DNA of 64,000 nt from Candidatus Woesearchaeota archaeon (GTDB taxonomy: Archaea; Nanobdellota; Nanobdellia; Woesearchaeales; UBA583), in contig OZ242164.1 in the NCBI GenBank assembly GCA_965205335.1, forward strand, positions 1,088,001-1,152,000, in the 5' to 3' direction. Positions within the stretch are counted from its first letter, which is position 1, and each line of letters opens with the position of its first letter. The notes beneath the pieces were generated by a model, which had not been told where the DNA came from, searched no databases, and saw only the letters and a list, made by a program, of their open reading frames with translations. A program made the translations under genes and the position numbers. Below, piece after piece: positions 18,015 to 28,579 of the stretch.

Positions 18015-18094
18015 AGCGACTTTTTTTGGGTTTAGTAAAAAGTTTTATAAAGCATTTGGAATTTTTTTAAGTATTAAATTTGCTTGTGTGTTTG

Positions 18095-18243
18095 CCCAAC
18101 ATAGCTCAACGGTAGAGCGGTCGGCTGTAGAATCAGATTGACAGGTCATGATGACTAATTGGATGAAATTTTGACAGCCTCCTCTTTGTGTTGTATTAGA
18201 TGTAGAAACCGACAGGTTCCCGGTTCAAATCCGGGTGTTGGGA
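18095..18243 (+). tRNA. tRNA-Tyr(GTA) with a 77-nt intron (18131-18207) at position 37/38
   Basis: Acceptor CCCAACA/TGTTGGG (C1:G72); anticodon arm GTCGG-CT-GTA-G^...^A-CCGAC; canonical BHB (CTGT:GTAG helix, two 3-nt bulges). Confidence 0.93.
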
Positions 18244-18278
18244 CTTAGGGTGTGTCCTAAAGGTAATGCAAATTTATT

Positions 18279-18353
18279 GCCCAAGTAGTGTAGTTCGGCC
18301 TATCATGACGCCCTGTCGAGGCGTCGACCCGGGTTCAAATCCCGGCTTGGGCG
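18279..18353 (+). tRNA. tRNA-Asp(GTC)
   Basis: Cloverleaf; ACGCC-CT-GTC-GA-GGCGT; TTCAAAT T-loop. Confidence 0.96.
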
Positions 18354-18444
18354 CTGAAAAGATTTGAGCATCAGTCCAAGTGGGCTGTTATGTCATAGCA
18401 AGGATTTTCACAATCCTTCAGATAAAATCACATAAACGTGTTTT

Positions 18445-18518
18445 GAGCTGTTAGCTCAGTCTGGTAGAGCACTGGACTTTTAATCCAGGTGTCGCGGGTT
18501 CGAATCCCGTACAGCTCG
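18445..18518 (+). tRNA. tRNA-Lys(TTT)
   Basis: Cloverleaf; CTGGA-CT-TTT-AA-TCCAG. Confidence 0.96.
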
Positions 18519-18575
18519 TTGCTTTTGAATCTGGTATGGTTCAGAAGAAAATCAATCCAATTAACTAATTAACAA

Positions 18576-18803
18576 ATGAGTAATCAAAGAAACTTTCTAA
18601 TACCTAAGCACAGAAAACTTGCAGAAGATGATGCAAATCAAATTCTGAAAAAATATAATATTGATTCCAAGTCAAAACTTCCCTCAATCAAGATTAAGGA
18701 TTTTGCTATTTCTGAACTTGATGTTTCTGTGGGGGATGTGATTGAGATTTCAAGGGAATCTTTTGCTGGAAAAAGCAAATATTACAGGGTGGTAGTTGAG
18801 TAA
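18576..18803 (+). CDS. rpoH: RNA polymerase subunit Rpo5 (H)
   Basis: LIPKHRKL, LPSIKIKD, GDVIEISRES, YYRVV. Confidence 0.96.
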   Translation: MSNQRNFLIPKHRKLAEDDANQILKKYNIDSKSKLPSIKIKDFAISELDVSVGDVIEISRESFAGKSKYYRVVVE

Positions 18804-18804
18804 G

Positions 18805-20283
18805 ATGGTAAATTATGATTATAAAGAAGTTTTAAAGGCGTATTTTAAAGATAGGAAAGTGGTTGAGAGTCAAATTCAATCTTACAACTACTTTATTGAA
18901 GAGGGGATAAAGAATATTATATTAAATTTTGATAGAAAAAATATTCCTGAGTACTTGCTTGAAACATATGATGAAGTGAATTTATCAATTAATAATGTCT
19001 GGTTGGAAGAACCTGTCCATATTGAAGTGGATGGTTCAATTACTAAATTAACACCTAATACGGCAAGATTAAGGGGTTTAACTTATAGTTCTCCTCTTTA
19101 TATGAAAGTTACAACTCTTATAGGAACTCAAAAGGATAAGTTTGATGTTCAGATTGCTAAGATGCCTATTATGCTTAAGTCAAGTAAGTGCATATTAAAG
19201 GATAAGACGGAAGATGAGTTGATAGAGTTAGGAGAGGATCCTTATGAACCAGGAGGATATTTTATTGTTAATGGAACTGAGAAAGTTGTTGTTCTGATGG
19301 AGGATTTGGCTTTAAATAAATTTTTTATTGAGAAAAATTCAAATGAATTTTTTGGCAGAATGTTCTCAGAGAGAGGAGTTTATAAATCACTTCAAGAGAT
19401 TAGAAAGAACAAGGATGGATCTTATACTTATACTTTTGGCAATTTTAGGAATATTCCCATTTTTTTGTTGATTAAGACTTTGGGAATCACTTCTGATAAG
19501 GATATTGTTGCTTTGACAGGTTTGACAGATTCAGATATTATTTTCCAGATGTCAGAATATAGTGGGATCTCAAATACTGAGGAGGCAACTGAATTGTTAA
19601 GCAGAAAGTTTAATCTTATTGGTTCTACTAAAGAGAAGGAAGATAGAGTGTCATTTTATATAAATAATTTTGTTCTTCCACATGTTGGTATTTCCAATGA
19701 ATCAAGAATTACCAAAGCCCAATTAATTTGCAAACTTTTAAAGAAGTATTATGGTGTTTCAAATGGTATTGGTTGTGTTGATGACAAGGATCATTATTCA
19801 AATAAGAGAATTAGATTGGTTGGGCAGTTGTTTGAACATTTGTTTGTTAATAATTTTAATGAGTTAATAGTTGATATTTTAACTAATTTTCAGAGAATGA
19901 TTAAAAGGAGAAGGTTTTCATCAATGAAGATCATAATCAGAGAGCAGTTATTGACGCAGAAGATTAATTCCGCTCTTGCATTGGGAACGTGGTCAGATGG
20001 CAGGAAGGGTATTTCACAATATTTAAAGAGAAATAATTATTTTGATATGCTTTCGCATTTGACAAGAGTGGTTTCTCCACTAAGTACTTCACAGGAGAAT
20101 TTTTCAGCAAGGGAGTTGCATCCAACTCATTTTGGAAGGTTGTGTCCAGTAGAGACTCCTGAGGGGCATTCAATAGGGCTAAGGAAGAATTTAACGCTCA
20201 TGGCATCAGTTACGTATAGGTATCCTGACTTGAGTGAGGAAATGTTTAAAGAACTTGAAAAGTTGGGGCTTGAGAGGTGTTAA
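18805..20283 (+). CDS. rpoB2: RNA polymerase subunit Rpo2N (B'')
   Basis: GEDPYEPGGYFIVNGTEKV, DDKDHYSNKR, ARELHPTHFGRLCPVETPEG. Confidence 0.97.
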   Translation: MVNYDYKEVLKAYFKDRKVVESQIQSYNYFIEEGIKNIILNFDRKNIPEYLLETYDEVNLSINNVWLEEPVHIEVDGSITKLTPNTARLRGLTYSSPLYMKVTTLIGTQKDKFDVQIAKMPIMLKSSKCILKDKTEDELIELGEDPYEPGGYFIVNGTEKVVVLMEDLALNKFFIEKNSNEFFGRMFSERGVYKSLQEIRKNKDGSYTYTFGNFRNIPIFLLIKTLGITSDKDIVALTGLTDSDIIFQMSEYSGISNTEEATELLSRKFNLIGSTKEKEDRVSFYINNFVLPHVGISNESRITKAQLICKLLKKYYGVSNGIGCVDDKDHYSNKRIRLVGQLFEHLFVNNFNELIVDILTNFQRMIKRRRFSSMKIIIREQLLTQKINSALALGTWSDGRKGISQYLKRNNYFDMLSHLTRVVSPLSTSQENFSARELHPTHFGRLCPVETPEGHSIGLRKNLTLMASVTYRYPDLSEEMFKELEKLGLERC

Positions 20284-20284
20284 A

Positions 20285-22096
20285 ATGAGAGTAGATGTGT
20301 TTTTAAATGAAGTATTTATTGGAACTTGTCTGGATGGGGCAAAATATACTCAAGCTTTTAGAAAGGCAAGAAGGGCAGGTAAGATAGATGACTGCCTGAA
20401 TATAAGATTTAATAAGGATTCAAGGATTATAAATATTGAAGGTTCACCTGGAAGAGTTGTAAGACCACTTGTGATTTGTGAAAATGGAAAGTCTAAATTA
20501 ACACAAGACGTTTTAAAGAAACTTAATATTGGTGAGTATGGATACAATGATTTGCTTTCTAAAGGAGTTATTGAATATCTTGATTCTTTAGAGGAAGAGG
20601 ATGTTTATTGCGCAATGAGTCCAGAGGAGATAACATTAGAACATACTCATCATGAACTCTCACCTATTCTTATGTTTGGATTAAATACAGGAACTGTGCC
20701 TTTTTCAAATTATGATGAACCGAGCCGTCTGATGCGTGGACAGAAAACAGTAAAACAAGCAGTGGGATTGTATGCTTTGAATTACAGATATAGAAAAGAG
20801 ACAGACAGAAATTTGTTAGTTAATCCCCAGAAACCATTAGTTGAGACTTTTGTTTATGATTTACTTGAATTTGATAAACATCCTGCAGGACAGAATTTAA
20901 CAATTGCAATTATGAGTTATGAAGGTTATAATATGGAGGATGGTATTATTTTAAATCAATCTTCTATTGAGAGAGGTATGCAGCGCACATTTTATTATAA
21001 ACTTTATTCAACTTCTGAGATTAAGTACCCGGGTGGTTTGACTGACAATATTGGAATTCCAAATAAGGATATTAAGGGCTATCGGATGGAGAGTGATTAT
21101 AGGTATCTTGAAGATGATGGAATTGTTTATGTAGGACAGCGGATTGAAACTTCTGATGTAATTATCGGTAAGATTTCACCTCCAAGGTTTATAGAGGAGA
21201 TAGAAGGTTTTGGGCAGATGATTAATTTGAATATTGATTCTTCTCTTGCTTTAATGGAAGAGGAGAAAGGAGTTGTCTCAAATGTGTTTGTTGTTGAGAA
21301 TCAGGGTGGAGATAAAGAGATTAATGTACTGTTAAGAGATCAGAGAGAACCAGTTGTAGGGGATAAATTTGCATCAAGGCATGGACAGAAAGGTGTTGTA
21401 GGAGGAGTTATGAAGCAATCAGATATTCCTTTTAGTGAAAATGGTATTGTTCCTGATTTGATTTTCTCACCACATTCTATTCCCGGGCGTAAGACAGTGT
21501 CTCATGTTATAGAGGTTTTAGCAGGAAAGGTTGCATCTCTTAGAGGTGATTTTGTTGATGCTAATCCTTTTGATGGAACTTCTGAGGATGATTTGAGAAA
21601 ACAGTTAAAGAATATGGGTTTTAGTCCAACAGGAAATGAAGTTATGTATGATCCAAAAACAGGTAAGAAGATGGAAGCAGAAATTTATATTGGTTCAATT
21701 TATTATCTAAGGTTATCTCATCAGGTTGTAAATAAACTTCAAGCAAGAGGAACTGGCCCTGTTCAACTTTTAACAAGACAGCCCGCAGAAGGAAGAATTA
21801 GAGGGGGAGGGCTTAAGTTAGGAGAGATGGAAAAGGATGCATTGATTTCTCATGGTTCTTCACTTCTTTTAAAGGAGAGATTTTCTGCGGACCAAACGAG
21901 AGGACTTGTGTGCACAAGTTGTGGGCATTTAGCTGATCCTTATCTATTCAATTATAAAAGCAAATGTCCTATTTGTGGTGGCAGTAAGTTTGAGGAAGTT
22001 GAGCTTGCGTATGCATTCAAGTTATTAATGAATGAGTTCAAATCGCTTGGGATTAATCCAACTTTTGGAACTAAGGATAGGTTTTTTGAGGAATAA
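20285..22096 (+). CDS. rpoB1: RNA polymerase subunit Rpo2C (B')
   Basis: GYNMEDG, GDKFASRHGQKG, LTRQPAEGR..GGLKLGEME; ATG directly after the B'' stop. Confidence 0.97.
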   Translation: MRVDVFLNEVFIGTCLDGAKYTQAFRKARRAGKIDDCLNIRFNKDSRIINIEGSPGRVVRPLVICENGKSKLTQDVLKKLNIGEYGYNDLLSKGVIEYLDSLEEEDVYCAMSPEEITLEHTHHELSPILMFGLNTGTVPFSNYDEPSRLMRGQKTVKQAVGLYALNYRYRKETDRNLLVNPQKPLVETFVYDLLEFDKHPAGQNLTIAIMSYEGYNMEDGIILNQSSIERGMQRTFYYKLYSTSEIKYPGGLTDNIGIPNKDIKGYRMESDYRYLEDDGIVYVGQRIETSDVIIGKISPPRFIEEIEGFGQMINLNIDSSLALMEEEKGVVSNVFVVENQGGDKEINVLLRDQREPVVGDKFASRHGQKGVVGGVMKQSDIPFSENGIVPDLIFSPHSIPGRKTVSHVIEVLAGKVASLRGDFVDANPFDGTSEDDLRKQLKNMGFSPTGNEVMYDPKTGKKMEAEIYIGSIYYLRLSHQVVNKLQARGTGPVQLLTRQPAEGRIRGGGLKLGEMEKDALISHGSSLLLKERFSADQTRGLVCTSCGHLADPYLFNYKSKCPICGGSKFEEVELAYAFKLLMNEFKSLGINPTFGTKDRFFEE

Positions 22097-22099
22097 AAA

Positions 22100-24673
22100 A
22101 TGGCAAATATAACAAAAAGAATTAACAAAATCAGATATACTATATTTTCACCAAAAGAAATTATTAAGCAAAGTGTTGTAAAGGTAATTACTCCTGAAAT
22201 TTATGATAAGTATGGTTTTCCTGTTGAAGGAGGATTAATGGATTTGAGAATGGGAGTTATTGAACCAGGATTATCGTGTAAGACTTGCGGGCAGTCATAT
22301 AAGAATTGTGAAGGGCATTTTGGATATTTAGAACTTGCAAGACCAATTTTAAATATTAGTTTTATTGATGATATTTTTATGATTGTAAGGTGCACTTGTC
22401 AGGAATGTTCAAGAATTTTAGTTGTAGAGGATAAGATTGTAGAATTAACGAAAGAGCATGAGAAAGCAAGAGCCCAAATGACTACTGAGAAGTTTTTGAA
22501 ATTTAAAAATAAGTTTCTGCTTGCTTTGTCAAAGATTAAGACATGTCCTCATTGTGAAACTAAACAGGAAGAAATTAAATTGGATAAGTCATCAGTGTTT
22601 ATATTTACACAAGGGAATAAGAAAAGGTTATTAACAACAGAGATTAGATTTAGGTTTGAAAATATTCCTGATTCTGATTTGCCTTTGTTAAAGGTTTATG
22701 ATATTAGGCCTGAGTGGTTATTATTAACTATTTTGCCAATTCCTCCAGTTTCTATGAGATCAACTATTACATTGCAGTCCGGTCAGAGATCAGAAGATGA
22801 TCTTACGCATAAATTAACTGATGTTATTAGAACAAATCAAAGGTTGCATGAACATCTTTTAGTTGGTGTGCCTGAAGCAATTATTGAGGATGTGTGGGAT
22901 TTGCTTCAATATCATATTTCAACTTACATGAATAATACAATCCCAGGGCTTCCTCCTGCAAGGCATAGAAATGGAGATCCTTTAAAGTCAATTGCTGAGA
23001 GAGTTAAGGGTAAAAAGGGTCTTATTCGTAATAATTTAATAGGGAAGAGAGTAAATTATTCTGCTCGTACTGTTATTTCCCCAGACCCAAGATTAAAGTT
23101 AAATCAGGTTGGAGTTCCATTTGAGGTTGCAAAGAAGTTAACTGTTCCAGAGGTTGTAACAGAAGATAATATTGATTATTTAAAAGAACTTGTTAGAAAT
23201 GGACCTATGAATTATCCTGGGGCAAATTATATAAAGACTAAGTCAGGAGCCAAGAAAACTATTGTTTCAGAGGTTCTTGATGTTCTGCTTGATGAGATTG
23301 AGCCAGGGTATGTTGTTGAGAGGCATTTGCTTGATGGAGATTCAGTTGTTTTTAACAGGCAACCATCTTTGCATAAACTTTCAATGATGGGACATATTGT
23401 AAGAGTTCTTCCAATTAAGACTTTTGCAATTAATCCTGGTGTATGTAAGCCTTATAATGCAGATTTTGATGGGGATGAGATGAATCTTCATATGCCCCAG
23501 ACTCTTGAGGCAAGGCAGGAAGTGGAAAGGTTAATGGATGTAAAGCATCAGTTGATTTCTCCAGCAAGTGGGGATGCTGTTATTGGCTGCGTTCAGGATT
23601 CAATTACTGGTTTGTATATTCTAACTAATGAAATGATTTTAGATAGAGAGGAAGCATTAGAACTTATTTTTTCAATTGGTTTTAAAGATTTGAACAGGAT
23701 TGATTTTGGCAAGAAGGTGAAGGGTAGTGAAATTTTCTCAGTAATTCTGCCTGAGGACTTAAATTTCATAGGAGAGAGTAAATCAGGTGATGTTCTAATT
23801 AAAAATGGAAAATTAATAAAGGGAGTTATTGATAAGAAAACTATAGGAGATGGAGGAGGTACTTTATTGAGACATATTCATAAAAATTATGGTTCTGATT
23901 TGGTGTTAGATACGGTTTCATTTATGTTTAATTTGGGAATTCAAACATTGAAGAAGCAAGGGTTTACAATTTCAATGAGGGATTTTGATATTCCAAAGGA
24001 AATTGAAAAGGAAGTAAGTAAAATTAATAGCAAAGCATATATGGAGATTGATAAGGTCATTGAGGAGTATAAGAAAGGAAAGTTTGAGAGAGTAGCAGGA
24101 CTTTCAACAGAGAGTTCGTTTGAAATTAAGATTCTTTCACTTTTAAATGAGATTCGGGATGATAGTATGAAGATTGTTCAGACGAAACTTGACAAGTCAA
24201 CAGGGACCATGCTTATGGCAGATTCTGGGGCCATGGGTAAGGTTTTATCAATTGTTCAGATGCACGCTGGTGTTGGACAGCAATCACTTAGAGGACAGAG
24301 GCTAACAAGAGGGTTTACAGATAGAACTTTGTCATGTTTTAAAAAAGGGGATTTGAGTCCTCAAGCAAGAGGATATATTAAGTCTTCACTAAGAAAAGGA
24401 CTAAAACCACATGAAGTTTTCTTTGGTTGTATTACGGGGCGTGACGGATTGATGGATACTGCCCTTAGAACTCCCAAGACAGGATATTTGTACAGGCGTA
24501 TGGCAACGGCAATGCTTGATTTTGTAGTTAATTCTGATCTTTCCGTGAGAAATGAGAGTGGACATATTGTGCAGTTTAAATATGGTGATGATGGTATTGA
24601 TGTAGCAAAGACAGTTAGTGGGGATTTTGACGTAAAGTCAATTGTTGAGAATACTTTACGAGATAAGATTTAA
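22100..24673 (+). CDS. rpoA1: RNA polymerase subunit Rpo1N (A')
   Basis: Catalytic YNADFDGDEMN, FNRQPSLH. Confidence 0.98.
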   Translation: MANITKRINKIRYTIFSPKEIIKQSVVKVITPEIYDKYGFPVEGGLMDLRMGVIEPGLSCKTCGQSYKNCEGHFGYLELARPILNISFIDDIFMIVRCTCQECSRILVVEDKIVELTKEHEKARAQMTTEKFLKFKNKFLLALSKIKTCPHCETKQEEIKLDKSSVFIFTQGNKKRLLTTEIRFRFENIPDSDLPLLKVYDIRPEWLLLTILPIPPVSMRSTITLQSGQRSEDDLTHKLTDVIRTNQRLHEHLLVGVPEAIIEDVWDLLQYHISTYMNNTIPGLPPARHRNGDPLKSIAERVKGKKGLIRNNLIGKRVNYSARTVISPDPRLKLNQVGVPFEVAKKLTVPEVVTEDNIDYLKELVRNGPMNYPGANYIKTKSGAKKTIVSEVLDVLLDEIEPGYVVERHLLDGDSVVFNRQPSLHKLSMMGHIVRVLPIKTFAINPGVCKPYNADFDGDEMNLHMPQTLEARQEVERLMDVKHQLISPASGDAVIGCVQDSITGLYILTNEMILDREEALELIFSIGFKDLNRIDFGKKVKGSEIFSVILPEDLNFIGESKSGDVLIKNGKLIKGVIDKKTIGDGGGTLLRHIHKNYGSDLVLDTVSFMFNLGIQTLKKQGFTISMRDFDIPKEIEKEVSKINSKAYMEIDKVIEEYKKGKFERVAGLSTESSFEIKILSLLNEIRDDSMKIVQTKLDKSTGTMLMADSGAMGKVLSIVQMHAGVGQQSLRGQRLTRGFTDRTLSCFKKGDLSPQARGYIKSSLRKGLKPHEVFFGCITGRDGLMDTALRTPKTGYLYRRMATAMLDFVVNSDLSVRNESGHIVQFKYGDDGIDVAKTVSGDFDVKSIVENTLRDKI

Positions 24674-24674
24674 A

Positions 24675-25817
24675 ATGGCTGAGAATAAATTAGTTACAAG
24701 TTTTAGGAAGGAGAATCCAGAGTTTCCTTCATACATTTTAGATAATTTAAGTAAGTACTTGCCAGAGAAAGTAACAAATGAGCAAGTTAAGAGGATTTTA
24801 GAGAATGTTGCATCAGAGTATAGAGATTCACTGATTACTCCTAATGAAGCAATTGGAGTAATTACTGCCCAATCCGTAGGAGAACCTTCAACACAGATGA
24901 CTTTGAATACATTTCACTTCGCAGGTGTTGCAACCCAGTCAGTTGAAGGACTTCCACGCTTGATTGAGATTTTAGATGTTAAGAAGAATTTGGAGCAACC
25001 TGTTATGAGAATTCATTTAAAGCCTGAGTTTGCAAGTGAGGAAAAGTTGAAGTTTGTTGCAAGTAAGATTAAGGAAACCAAACTTCTTGAGTTTTCAAAT
25101 AATATTGATATTAATACAGATGAGAAAATTATTAAGATAGATTTGAATTTAAAGCAGTTCAGGAAGTATAAAATAGAACCAGAATCAATTCTTTCGTATT
25201 TGGATAAAAAGATTAGAAATAATGGCCAGATTGTTGATGATAAGATCTTGGTTATTAAAGATAATGCAAATGTAGGTTTAAAGGATTTGATGAGTATTAA
25301 GGCACTTGCTATGAGTTCAATTGTGTATGGAATTAAGGGAATTTCAGATGTTTCTATTATTAAGGAAAATGATGAGTATATGATTTTAACAAGAGGAATT
25401 TCTTTAAAGCAGGTTATGAAGTTAGATGAGATTGATCCTTTTCGGATTTCATGTAATGATATTTTCGAAACTTGTGATAGCTTTGGAATTGAAGCTACGA
25501 GGAATTTGATTATTAATGAAATTATGGAAGTGGTTAAGGCTCAGGGGCTTTCAATTAATGAGAGACATGTTTTGTTAATTGCAGATATTATGACTTATAC
25601 AGGAGAACCAAGAGGAATGACAAGGTATGGTATTGTTGCAGATAAAACAAATGTTTTAACTAAGGCATCTTTTGAAACGGCTTTAAAGCATGTTTCCAAA
25701 GGAGCTATTTTGCATGAGGAAAATTTGTTAAATTCAATTACAGAAAATGTTATGACAAATCAAATGATTCATATCGGAACAGGAGTTCCGAAAATTGCAG
25801 TTAGGAAGTCAAAGTAA
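24675..25817 (+). CDS. rpoA2: RNA polymerase subunit Rpo1C (A'')
   Basis: AQSVGEPSTQMTLNTFHFAG, GLPRLIEI. Confidence 0.98.
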   Translation: MAENKLVTSFRKENPEFPSYILDNLSKYLPEKVTNEQVKRILENVASEYRDSLITPNEAIGVITAQSVGEPSTQMTLNTFHFAGVATQSVEGLPRLIEILDVKKNLEQPVMRIHLKPEFASEEKLKFVASKIKETKLLEFSNNIDINTDEKIIKIDLNLKQFRKYKIEPESILSYLDKKIRNNGQIVDDKILVIKDNANVGLKDLMSIKALAMSSIVYGIKGISDVSIIKENDEYMILTRGISLKQVMKLDEIDPFRISCNDIFETCDSFGIEATRNLIINEIMEVVKAQGLSINERHVLLIADIMTYTGEPRGMTRYGIVADKTNVLTKASFETALKHVSKGAILHEENLLNSITENVMTNQMIHIGTGVPKIAVRKSK

Positions 25818-25827
25818 TTAAATGAAA

Positions 25828-26190
25828 CTAATATACTCTTCTTGCAAAATGCCCTATTCCTAATCCTAAAAAGAGAAATATTACAGAGAGTATTGGTAGT
25901 GTTAGAATTAGTAATCCACCAATAAAGGCGCAAGCCACTGCAACTAAACCTAATTTTCCTCCACGGCGGTAAATTAGACACATAAATATAAGAAATAAGA
26001 TAATTGGAAGAACCTGCAGTAAGATGATGTGTCCTATGTTTATTCCAAAGTTGTTTAGGATATTAGTAAGAGCATTAAGAATCTCTTCGGTAGGATTGAT
26101 TCCAACAGTTAACCATATTCCCGATAAGAAACCAAACCCGATTATTAGTTCTCTTAGACTCATTCCTCTTGATTTAAATCTTCTATACAT
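25828..26190 (-). CDS. Small hypothetical membrane protein
   Basis: Four hydrophobic segments; TATA-like element upstream. Confidence 0.7.
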   Translation of the reverse strand: MYRRFKSRGMSLRELIIGFGFLSGIWLTVGINPTEEILNALTNILNNFGINIGHIILLQVLPIILFLIFMCLIYRRGGKLGLVAVACAFIGGLLILTLPILSVIFLFLGLGIGHFARRVY

Positions 26191-26313
26191 AGGATAAATG
26201 CATATTATTCTATTTATAAAAATTATCTTGTTTTTGATAGTGATATTATAATATTTTTGTAACCTTTTTTTCTTAAAGATAATCTTTATAAAAGGTAAGT
26301 TTTAGTTCTATGT

Positions 26314-26652
26314 ATGGCAAAGAGTAAAATTGTTAATGTGGTAACTCTTGATGATTTTGAGAGAGAAGTTAAGAAGGCTAATGGGCTTGTAGTGGTTGAT
26401 TTCTGGGCCTCTTGGTGTGGCCCTTGTAAGGTGCTAACGCCTGTTTATGAAGCGTTATCAGAGGATGAAGAGTTTTCAGATGTTAAGTTTGTTAAGGTGG
26501 AGGCTGATGAGGCTGAAGAGGTTTGTGCTAATAATGGTATTTCTGCTCTTCCTACTTTGAAGATTTTTAAGGGAGGAGATGTTGTTTCCCAGAAGGTTGG
26601 AGCTTTGAGTAAATCAGAATTGAAAAGTTTTATTAATTCTGTAAAAGGCTGA
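26314..26652 (+). CDS. trxA: Thioredoxin
   Basis: DFWASWCGPCK. Confidence 0.97.
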   Translation: MAKSKIVNVVTLDDFEREVKKANGLVVVDFWASWCGPCKVLTPVYEALSEDEEFSDVKFVKVEADEAEEVCANNGISALPTLKIFKGGDVVSQKVGALSKSELKSFINSVKG

Positions 26653-26656
26653 GCAG

Positions 26657-27331
26657 ATGTATAAAGTCATCGGAATTGATGAGGCAGGAAAGGGACCTGT
26701 TTTAGGTTCAATGTTCATTGGTTTTTCTATTGTTAGTCTTAAGAGTTTAAAGAATTTGAATTCTTATCAGAAAATGCTTAAGGATATGGGAGTTCGTGAT
26801 TCTAAGGAGTTAGCCCCGTTAAAGAGGAATCAGATTTATAATAAACTTAAGTCTGATATGAATATGAAGTATTCTCAATTAACTCCTGTTTTAATTGATA
26901 GAAATCATGCTCGGGGTGGAAAGTTAAATGAACTTGAAATTCGTTCTATTGTGAAAATTTTAGAGGATGAAAAACCTCAACTTGTAATTATTGACGCTTT
27001 AACTTCAAATCCTCAGAAGTTTGGAGATGAGATTTTAAGAAGATTGTCTTTTGAGTGCAAGATTATTTCAGAGAATAAGGCTGATAAGAAATATGAAATG
27101 GTAGGAGCGGCAAGTATTATTGCAAAGGAACTTCGCGAGCAGGAGTTATCTCAGATTAGAAAGAATGTCAAGTTTGATTGTGGCAGTGGGTATCCAAGCG
27201 ATCCTAAGACAATAGAGTTTCTAAAGAAATATTATAATAGTTGTGAGTTTGGTTTTATTTTCAGAAAGTGCTGGGATACTTATAAGAAGGTTGTAAATGA
27301 GAAGGAGCAAAAATCTTTAAGTGATTTTTAG
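26657..27331 (+). CDS. rnhB: Ribonuclease HII
   Basis: GIDEAGKGPVLG, DSK, VGAASIIAK, GSGYPSDP, C-terminal PIP-like QKSLSDF. Confidence 0.97.
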   Translation: MYKVIGIDEAGKGPVLGSMFIGFSIVSLKSLKNLNSYQKMLKDMGVRDSKELAPLKRNQIYNKLKSDMNMKYSQLTPVLIDRNHARGGKLNELEIRSIVKILEDEKPQLVIIDALTSNPQKFGDEILRRLSFECKIISENKADKKYEMVGAASIIAKELREQELSQIRKNVKFDCGSGYPSDPKTIEFLKKYYNSCEFGFIFRKCWDTYKKVVNEKEQKSLSDF

Positions 27332-27364
27332 TTTTGGTTTGTTAGTTAAATAAAAATCTAGGAA

Positions 27365-28465
27365 TTAGAAATCATATAATACACTTCTGCTTATTTCTCC
27401 ATTGTCAATGTAGATTGAAAGTACGTTTGATTTGCCATCATTTAAACCAAATTCTTGAAGAGTGTCCTGTTCATCTCTGCTAAAGGATTTTTTTAAATGA
27501 AATTCATACTTGATTATAATATCCCTATCTGACCTAATCTTAAAAAACTTTTGACAATACTTATTTTTTAGCAGATCTCTTATCTTAGAATTGTTAATTC
27601 TTCCGTCAAATAAAACATCATGAACATCATAAATCTTGAATTCCTCATATTTATCATAGTAATCAATTGCGTATCCCCATAAACTCTTTATATTCTCCTT
27701 GAAATTGAGATTGTGTCTTGAGTTTATAAATTTTAGATTTTTTTCAACTTCTGATAAATCCCTAAAACCTGTATAATGAGTTGTTCTAACTAATTTTCCA
27801 TCTTTATAAGTAAAACCAATTGCATAATAAGAAATAATAGAGTTTATTGGGTTGTTCCTTATTAAATCAATAACTCTTAAGTCAACTTTTAGTTTGTTTA
27901 GAATTTTTATTATATTATTACAACTTTCTTTTGAATAGATGTAATAGTAAAATAAAAATCTATCACAATCCTCTTCTTTGGGAATAGTGATATTTGGAGA
28001 TATGAGTTTGTCAAGTTCATTTCTTAGTATTCTAAATGTGTCATATTTAGCCAAATGGGAATTCTCTTTTATTTTTTTCTTTTCATAAGATAATTTATTC
28101 CTATTTAATATCGGCTCTTTATTTAATTTTGAACAATAAATCAAATAATTGTCAAAACCTAAAATATTTTCAATTTCATCTTCAGAGAAGTCCTCAAAGA
28201 AAATAATAAATTTTGAACTCAGACTTGGATAGTTAGAAATAAGATATTTTTGGAAAATTCTATTACATAAATCATCTAGATTATCTTTCTTTATTATTGT
28301 AACCTCGAAGTTTTTAAAATACTCTAAATAATGAAAAATTAAGTGAATGTTTTTAGCTAACTGCTCATTTAATACTATTTTTACTTTTTTCTTGAAATTA
28401 AATTTTTTTAACTCTTCTATAACTCCTTTTTCATCCCATTTTCTAAGTTCATAGTAATCGCTCAT
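27365..28465 (-). CDS. Hypothetical protein (366 aa)
   Basis: Long clean ORF; no confident family. Confidence 0.75.
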   Translation of the reverse strand: MSDYYELRKWDEKGVIEELKKFNFKKKVKIVLNEQLAKNIHLIFHYLEYFKNFEVTIIKKDNLDDLCNRIFQKYLISNYPSLSSKFIIFFEDFSEDEIENILGFDNYLIYCSKLNKEPILNRNKLSYEKKKIKENSHLAKYDTFRILRNELDKLISPNITIPKEEDCDRFLFYYYIYSKESCNNIIKILNKLKVDLRVIDLIRNNPINSIISYYAIGFTYKDGKLVRTTHYTGFRDLSEVEKNLKFINSRHNLNFKENIKSLWGYAIDYYDKYEEFKIYDVHDVLFDGRINNSKIRDLLKNKYCQKFFKIRSDRDIIIKYEFHLKKSFSRDEQDTLQEFGLNDGKSNVLSIYIDNGEISRSVLYDF

Positions 28466-28579
28466 TTTTAAATCCTTATTATTTAAGTCACAAAGAATAT
28501 TTATATACTTTTAAGTATAAGTATTTTTTATATGTTTTTATTTGTTTCTGATAGATTCTTATTTATTATCATAATGATA

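Noticed and set aside
18796-25817. Split RNA polymerase B and A subunits as a novelty
   Set aside because: B''/B' and A'/A'' splits are well known in archaea and fall at the usual positions.
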